From Candidatus Bathyarchaeota archaeon (GTDB lineage Archaea; Thermoproteota; Bathyarchaeia; 40CM-2-53-6): DNA of 64,000 nt. Under the pieces are notes generated by a model. That model was not told where the DNA came from. It saw only the letters and a program-made list of their open reading frames with translations, and ran no database searches. This document shows, one piece after another, positions 58,626 through 64,000 of the stretch. The position numbers were made by a program, and so were the translations under genes. Within the stretch, counting starts at the first letter, position 1. Each line of letters starts with the position of its first letter. The DNA lies in assembly GCA_963726255.1 (NCBI GenBank), contig CAVSBL010000002.1, forward strand, positions 1,952,001-2,016,000, given 5' to 3'.

Positions 58626-59561
58626 CTAGGCTGCGTCGGGCAGAACATTTCCCTTGCCCAGAACACGCATCTTCTTGGCATTTAGGTTCAATAAGAGGAA
58701 ATTATCGTCAGGTGTGTACGCGATCGGTTTCTCAGATTCGATGGCGACGGACGTTGCGTCCATCTCGGCGATCTTGATCGGAACTGTTTGCATGCCCAAG
58801 GTGGCATGGAAAGTACCTTCACTCAGGTCATCTGAATAGAATGGGCTTTTCTGGAAAGCGAGCTTAAACGACGTGCCTGTCATAGCACTGCCAGGAGCGC
58901 ATAGGACGGAACCTCTCTTCATCTCTTCAACGGTCGCGTCTTTGATTGCTAGGCCGACTCTCGACCCAGCTTCAGCTTGGTCGTAGTCTTCGTCCTGCAT
59001 TTGTATGGAGCGAACCAATACTTCCTTGTTTGCCGGAAGCAACGTGAGCTTGTCATATTTTCTCACAACACCTCTCCTAACGAAACCAAGTATCACTTCG
59101 CCGACGCCCTTAACACTGAACGAATGGTCTACCACAATCAGGGCTGACGAAGTAGTATCCCTTTTCGGCCGGTAACTCTTGAGATCTTCAAGTATCTTGA
59201 TTGGGTCTCTTTCTTCGACAATGAATGATTTGAGCGATGTATCCTTGATCATGCCGGCAATTCGGTTCGAGGTCGCGTAGGGTGACGTTACCGCAATTCC
59301 ATTAGCGACGCCAAGCAGGTCAAGCATTACCAGAGTCTCACCCAATTCCCTAGTCATTCCTGAGAATGCGACTATGGCTGCGTCTATGCTGGAGATTATC
59401 TCGCTCTTTGCCGCTAACTTGTCTCCGACAGGAGACAAGAAAGTGAAAATCTCCTCGCCCATCTTCCTGTTGAACATGGCGAGGTCGGATTCTGTGCCCT
59501 TCTTTGCCAATTCGGGGTCAAGTGTGTCGTCATGGAAGACCCCAACGGTAAGGTGATTCAT
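58626..59561 (-). CDS. SelB-like / EF-Tu domain 2 protein with a degenerate G domain
   Basis: LAKKGTESD, VDHSFSVKGVGEVILG, VRSIQMQD, RVGLAIK. Confidence 0.8.
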   Translation of the reverse strand: MNHLTVGVFHDDTLDPELAKKGTESDLAMFNRKMGEEIFTFLSPVGDKLAAKSEIISSIDAAIVAFSGMTRELGETLVMLDLLGVANGIAVTSPYATSNRIAGMIKDTSLKSFIVEERDPIKILEDLKSYRPKRDTTSSALIVVDHSFSVKGVGEVILGFVRRGVVRKYDKLTLLPANKEVLVRSIQMQDEDYDQAEAGSRVGLAIKDATVEEMKRGSVLCAPGSAMTGTSFKLAFQKSPFYSDDLSEGTFHATLGMQTVPIKIAEMDATSVAIESEKPIAYTPDDNFLLLNLNAKKMRVLGKGNVLPDAA

Positions 59562-59707
59562 GCGGCTTCGAAGGCAATTTGAGACATATCAATGCTCACC
59601 TGCTTGACCTTAATGTTCCCTGACGGACCGGATAGGATTATTCACTGGGGTACAACTGATGGTCAAAGTCGGTATGGAAAATCCCCTAATCCCAAATAAC
59701 CCAATCA

Positions 59708-60076
59708 ATGTGGTTCAATTTTCAGCTGACGTCAGTCGAGGCGAACCATGTGGAAGAAGACCATGAAATTACCGTGAAGGAGCTGAAGCGTTTGCTCGAC
59801 AGCGGCGCTCACGTGAACCTAATTGACGTAAGAGAATCGCAAGAGTATGAATTGTGCCATATGCCTGGCAGCCGACTAGTACCCATAGACCAGGTCCTGA
59901 ACTGTGTCAATGAGTTCGATCCTGCCGAAGAATACATTTTCTACTGTCACGTAGGAGAGCGAAGCGGATGGGCCGTCCATTTCCTACGCCAACGGGGATT
60001 CAAAAAGATCAAGAATGTGTTAGGCGGCATCGATGCGTGGGCAGTGGAAATAGACCCATCGATGCCCCGATACTAA
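59708..60076 (+). CDS. Rhodanese-domain protein
   Basis: IDVRE..EY, YCHVGERS, GGIDAW...DPSMPRY. Confidence 0.9.
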   Translation: MWFNFQLTSVEANHVEEDHEITVKELKRLLDSGAHVNLIDVRESQEYELCHMPGSRLVPIDQVLNCVNEFDPAEEYIFYCHVGERSGWAVHFLRQRGFKKIKNVLGGIDAWAVEIDPSMPRY

Positions 60077-60160
60077 ATCAAACCCAACATGACTCATTCG
60101 GCGTAATTACGAGTCTGTCCTCATTTGTAGTCGACAAACCCTTATTTCTACACAGCCTTC

Positions 60161-61942
60161 TTGCTCGCGACGTGCTTCGTCATGCAATATTCTTTCGGTG
60201 GCATAGATGAAATATCGCAGTATATGCAAACGGCGCTCGGCCAACAGAAACCAACGCTGATCATAAACGACGCCAACATCGTGGACGTGTATCAAGGCAC
60301 AACATACGAAGGAAATGTTTGGGTATGTAATGATCGAATAGTGTCCGTTACGAAGAAAGAGAGCGAAGGTCTTGTTGTAATTGACGGCCGCGGAATGTAC
60401 CTTGCCCCCGGTTTCATGGACGCACATATGCACATTGAACCTACAATGTTGCTTCCCAGCGAATTAGCGAGGCTTGTACTTCGATGCGGGGTTACTGCAA
60501 TTTTCGCTGACCCCCACGAAATTGCAAACGTCTTTGGCGGCGACGGCGTAAGGGAACTTGTCAGGTTAAGCGAAGGCGTACCGCTGCGAATCTTCGTGCA
60601 GGTTCCTTCGAGGGTTCCGACGGCGGAGGGCCTCGAAGATAGTGGCGCCTCGTTCGACCTCGAAACAATACGCCAACTTCTTTCGATCAAGAACGCGGCC
60701 ACCCTTGGAGAGCTAAACTATCAGAACCTGTTCTCAAACCCCCGGAAGTTCATCGGCGAGATACACGTCGCGGATATGCTGGGAAAGATGGTCAACGGGC
60801 ATTTGGCTGGGGCATCCCTTGAACAAATAGATGCAGCAGCCTCAGTTGGGCTCGCCGATGATCACGAATGCGTTTCAGCCGAGGAAGCAATCGAGAGGGC
60901 AAAAAGAGGGGTCGCGGTCTTAGTTAGGGAAGGTAGCGCTGAGAGAAACCTAAGAGACATAATGAGCAATCTCAAGATCAATGACTACCGATCCTATCTC
61001 ATGTGCAGCGATGACAAGCATCCTGATGATATTCTGGCGGAAGGTCACGTAGACTTCAACGTGCGATTGGCCATTAAGTCTGGCGTGGACCCCATAGTCG
61101 CAATCCAAATGGCTACGATAAACACGGCACAACACTTCGGCTTAGAACATCTGATCGGGTCAGTTGCTCCGGGACGAAAGGCGGATTTGGTCCTCTTCAA
61201 GGGATTAGATCAAATTGACGTTAAGGCATCGATCTTTGACGGCAGAATAGCGTACAAAGACGGTAAGGTTCTTTTTTCTCATGAAGCGCCGAAACCGTCG
61301 CCTAAGTTTCTAGATTCCATCAAAGTCAATCCCGAGATCAAGGCCACGGATTTGGCGATAGAGCATGGTGGCCGAAGCGCGGAGGTCTACGTGATTGAAG
61401 TCACCGAGGGGCAAATTCTGAAAGGAAAGGGTGTTGCGAACTTGCCGGTGGAACACGGGCTAATCGCTTCAGACCCATCTTCTGACGTTGTGCACGTCGC
61501 GGTTGTTGAAAGGCATCGGGGACTGAAGTCTATTGGCCGCAGTTTCGTTAAGGGCTTCTCGGTGAAGGACGGAGCCATGGGGTCTTCCGTATCTCACGAC
61601 CACCACAACATCATAATCGTCGGGGATAATGTTGGCGACATGTACTTGGCGCTTAAGGAATTGGAGAAGATCAGAGGAGGGTTCACTTGCATATCAAAAG
61701 GTAAGATTCTTCATTCAATTCCGCTCCAGTTCGGTGGCTTGATTTCTCTCGAACGATACGAAACGCTCTTGGAGAGTCTCAAGAGACTGAATGAAATGGC
61801 TAAGTCTGTTGAGACAAAAATGAAAAGTCCGTTTATGCAACTCGAGTTTCTGTCTCTCCCTTCCGTTCCCGAGCTTGGAATAACGAACAGAGGGTTGATA
61901 GACGTCAGAAATTGGAGGATTATCAATCCGGTCTTGTCCTGA
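60161..61942 (+). CDS. ade: Adenine deaminase
   Basis: PGFMDAHMHIE, DPHEIANV, DHE, REGS, CSDD, SHDHHN. Confidence 0.93.
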   Translation: MLATCFVMQYSFGGIDEISQYMQTALGQQKPTLIINDANIVDVYQGTTYEGNVWVCNDRIVSVTKKESEGLVVIDGRGMYLAPGFMDAHMHIEPTMLLPSELARLVLRCGVTAIFADPHEIANVFGGDGVRELVRLSEGVPLRIFVQVPSRVPTAEGLEDSGASFDLETIRQLLSIKNAATLGELNYQNLFSNPRKFIGEIHVADMLGKMVNGHLAGASLEQIDAAASVGLADDHECVSAEEAIERAKRGVAVLVREGSAERNLRDIMSNLKINDYRSYLMCSDDKHPDDILAEGHVDFNVRLAIKSGVDPIVAIQMATINTAQHFGLEHLIGSVAPGRKADLVLFKGLDQIDVKASIFDGRIAYKDGKVLFSHEAPKPSPKFLDSIKVNPEIKATDLAIEHGGRSAEVYVIEVTEGQILKGKGVANLPVEHGLIASDPSSDVVHVAVVERHRGLKSIGRSFVKGFSVKDGAMGSSVSHDHHNIIIVGDNVGDMYLALKELEKIRGGFTCISKGKILHSIPLQFGGLISLERYETLLESLKRLNEMAKSVETKMKSPFMQLEFLSLPSVPELGITNRGLIDVRNWRIINPVLS

Positions 61943-61993
61943 ATAGTTCCGAATTTTTCCTACGACAAACCTAGCGAACGGGCTAGCGACTTT

Positions 61994-63151
61994 GTGCCAA
62001 GCTTTAATAGCGCCGAACCGAGCATCGTGTCCATGCGACGGGTTGTTTTTCCCGGAAAACGTGGAATAACTAGAGTAGCCTTAGCTGCCATCGTAATTGT
62101 CGTTGTCGTCGTGGCAGCAGTCGGTGTCTACTTCTATAGCAGTAGTTTGGTTACCCCACCGCCCCCAGTGACCCAGAAAACGACGCTTAAGGTCGCCATC
62201 TTGCTACCCGGACAGAAGAACGACCTTTCTTGGAACCAGGCCGCTTACGAGTCGTACTTGAAGATGATTGCAGACCTGAATGCTGAGGGGAAGTACAATT
62301 TGGTTACGTCTGCTGCCGAGGGGCTCTACACGTCTGCCGACATCACGCCCGCATTGACCAGTCTGGGGTCCCAGGGATATGATCTTGTCATAGGAGATGG
62401 TTTCCAGTATACTGGGCCCGCGATTCAACTATCATCCACCTACCCGAACACAGGGTTCTTGATATCTGGCGGATATGAGTCAGCCAGGAACGTGGCGGTA
62501 CTTCTGCCCGCAACAGGGGAGGCTGGTTTCATCTTAGGCGTGTTGGCGGCGAGACTATCTCATACTGGAAAGGTTGGAATCATTGGTGGCGAAGATGTCT
62601 CTGAGATTACATGGGCGACCAAAGGTTTCTTGTTGGGAGTGACTTATGCCAACCAAAACTTCGGGTTGAATGTTCAGGCAATAAACACGTTCCTGGGGAA
62701 CTTCAATGACCCGGCTGGCGCGAGGGCAGCTGCAGCCGCCGACGTCGCCCAAGGCGTAGATGTACTCTACACTACTGGTGACGGAATATCGGTTGGAGTT
62801 GCAAGCGAAGCGGAATCTGCGCATGTAGCATTCATCTATAATGACTGGAACGAAACTGCGCTCGCGCCCACCGCAACAGTTGGCGGGCTCTCGTACTCGA
62901 TCGCACCCATATACGAAGAGGCACTAAACGATTGGCTCACGAATCACACGTTTAGCGCACTCCCGTATTACGCCACATTTCCAAATCAAGGCCTTTCGCT
63001 GGAGCTCACAAGCAGAGTATCTAGCAGTGATGCGGCCGTAATACACACACTCCTCCAAGCAGTCCTTGCGAACAAGATAAGAGTGTACCAAGAGTTAACG
63101 AACGGAACTCTGGTTTATTCACCTGTGACCCCCGCTTTCAACTCACTTTAG
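61994..63151 (+). CDS. BMP-family ABC substrate-binding protein (nucleoside/purine)
   Basis: N-terminal TM anchor, DLSWNQAAYE, GYDLVIG.GFQY, EAGFILG, GNFNDP. Confidence 0.85.
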   Translation: MPSFNSAEPSIVSMRRVVFPGKRGITRVALAAIVIVVVVVAAVGVYFYSSSLVTPPPPVTQKTTLKVAILLPGQKNDLSWNQAAYESYLKMIADLNAEGKYNLVTSAAEGLYTSADITPALTSLGSQGYDLVIGDGFQYTGPAIQLSSTYPNTGFLISGGYESARNVAVLLPATGEAGFILGVLAARLSHTGKVGIIGGEDVSEITWATKGFLLGVTYANQNFGLNVQAINTFLGNFNDPAGARAAAAADVAQGVDVLYTTGDGISVGVASEAESAHVAFIYNDWNETALAPTATVGGLSYSIAPIYEEALNDWLTNHTFSALPYYATFPNQGLSLELTSRVSSSDAAVIHTLLQAVLANKIRVYQELTNGTLVYSPVTPAFNSL

Positions 63152-63172
63152 TTAGTTGATTGTGATGGTCGA

Positions 63173-64000
63173 ATGGTTGCATACGCCAGAGTATTCCTGA
63201 TAGTCTTCTTTACACTCTTGGCGGTCTTTCTCAGTTCTCTTCTTTTCTTGCTCTTCGATCTTTCACCTATCACCGGCTTGCTCTCCCTCTTTCAGATCGG
63301 CTTCGGTTCGCGGCAAGGGTTAATCTCCACAGTTGGTGGGGCCGTGCCGCTCCTAATCGTGGCTGTGGGGCTCTCAGTTCCCTTTACGGCACGAGTGTGG
63401 AACATTGGCGGGCAAGGGCAATTTGTAATCGGCTCGATAGCGGCTACATGGGTCGGCTTGAAGTTAGCGGGAACTCTTCCGCCCGGGTTCATCATAATAC
63501 TAGCCATGTTCGGCTCATTCCTTGGCGGTGTTGCGTGGATTCTTCCCCCCACACTGATGAAAATCCGGCTGGGGATCAATGAGGTAATTACGACATTAAT
63601 GATGAATTTCATCGCCGTTTTCTTACTGGACTATCTAATTGCGGGGCCCATGGAGGGTGCTGCAGCCGCTGTCTCGCATGAACCGTCGAGTGCACCAATA
63701 CCTCCGTCTCTGTTGCTCCCAGCGGTTGTGCCTAGAACGAACATCGGTGTTGGGCTCTTGATAGCGCTCTTGCTGGCTCTAGGTCTCTTTTTCTTATTGA
63801 AGTTCACCAGGTTGGGCTATGAGCTACGGGTGATAGGGCAAAGTCATGATGTTGCCAAGTATGCTGGCATACCGATTGCGAGGGACATACTGCTCTCGAC
63901 GGTGATCAGCGGGGGAATTGCTGGCATAGCGGGTATGGTTGACATCTTCGGCGCCACGGGCATCTTGCTTCCACAAGTCTTCAGCGACATTACAACAAGC
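63173..64000 (+). CDS. Nucleoside ABC transporter permease, truncated at window end
   Basis: Manual translation MVAYARVFL...VWNIGGQGQF...INEVITTLMMNF...TRLGYELRVIG. Confidence 0.85.
   Translation, partial: MVAYARVFLIVFFTLLAVFLSSLLFLLFDLSPITGLLSLFQIGFGSRQGLISTVGGAVPLLIVAVGLSVPFTARVWNIGGQGQFVIGSIAATWVGLKLAGTLPPGFIIILAMFGSFLGGVAWILPPTLMKIRLGINEVITTLMMNFIAVFLLDYLIAGPMEGAAAAVSHEPSSAPIPPSLLLPAVVPRTNIGVGLLIALLLALGLFFLLKFTRLGYELRVIGQSHDVAKYAGIPIARDILLSTVISGGIAGIAGMVDIFGATGILLPQVFSDITTS

Noticed and set aside
58626-59561. Selenocysteine system
   Set aside because: SelB-like protein lacks an intact GTPase P-loop; no tRNA-Sec, selD or in-frame TGA selenoprotein seen

Overview
Archaeal chromosomal window, probably TACK/Bathyarchaeia-like (inferred from gene content: nre, rtcA, psmB, translin, ribK/ribL, dph5, a multi-intron tRNA). 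Housekeeping and metabolic genes occupy 1-13.2 kb and 51.5-64 kb. Between them lies a ~35.5 kb integrated element (15901-51452), bounded by direct repeats of a tRNA 3' end and internal inverted arms, with a tyrosine integrase at its left end. A third att-like copy at 15265 encloses a tiny RelE toxin-antitoxin cassette. The element is a defence island carrying a Dam-like MTase, a membrane HerA/VirB4-like ATPase, a type I R-M system, a PLD-nuclease gene pair, and UDG-like, Nmad2-like, C39-like and HNH genes. The most notable feature is a tightly coupled 8-gene operon: AAA-wHTH regulator, unknown protein, long Argonaute, NurA, HerA, Mre11, Rad50, GHKL/HEXXH protein. It places a prokaryotic Argonaute with its own complete DNA end-resection machinery. 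All protein calls come from reading motifs by eye, with no database searches.
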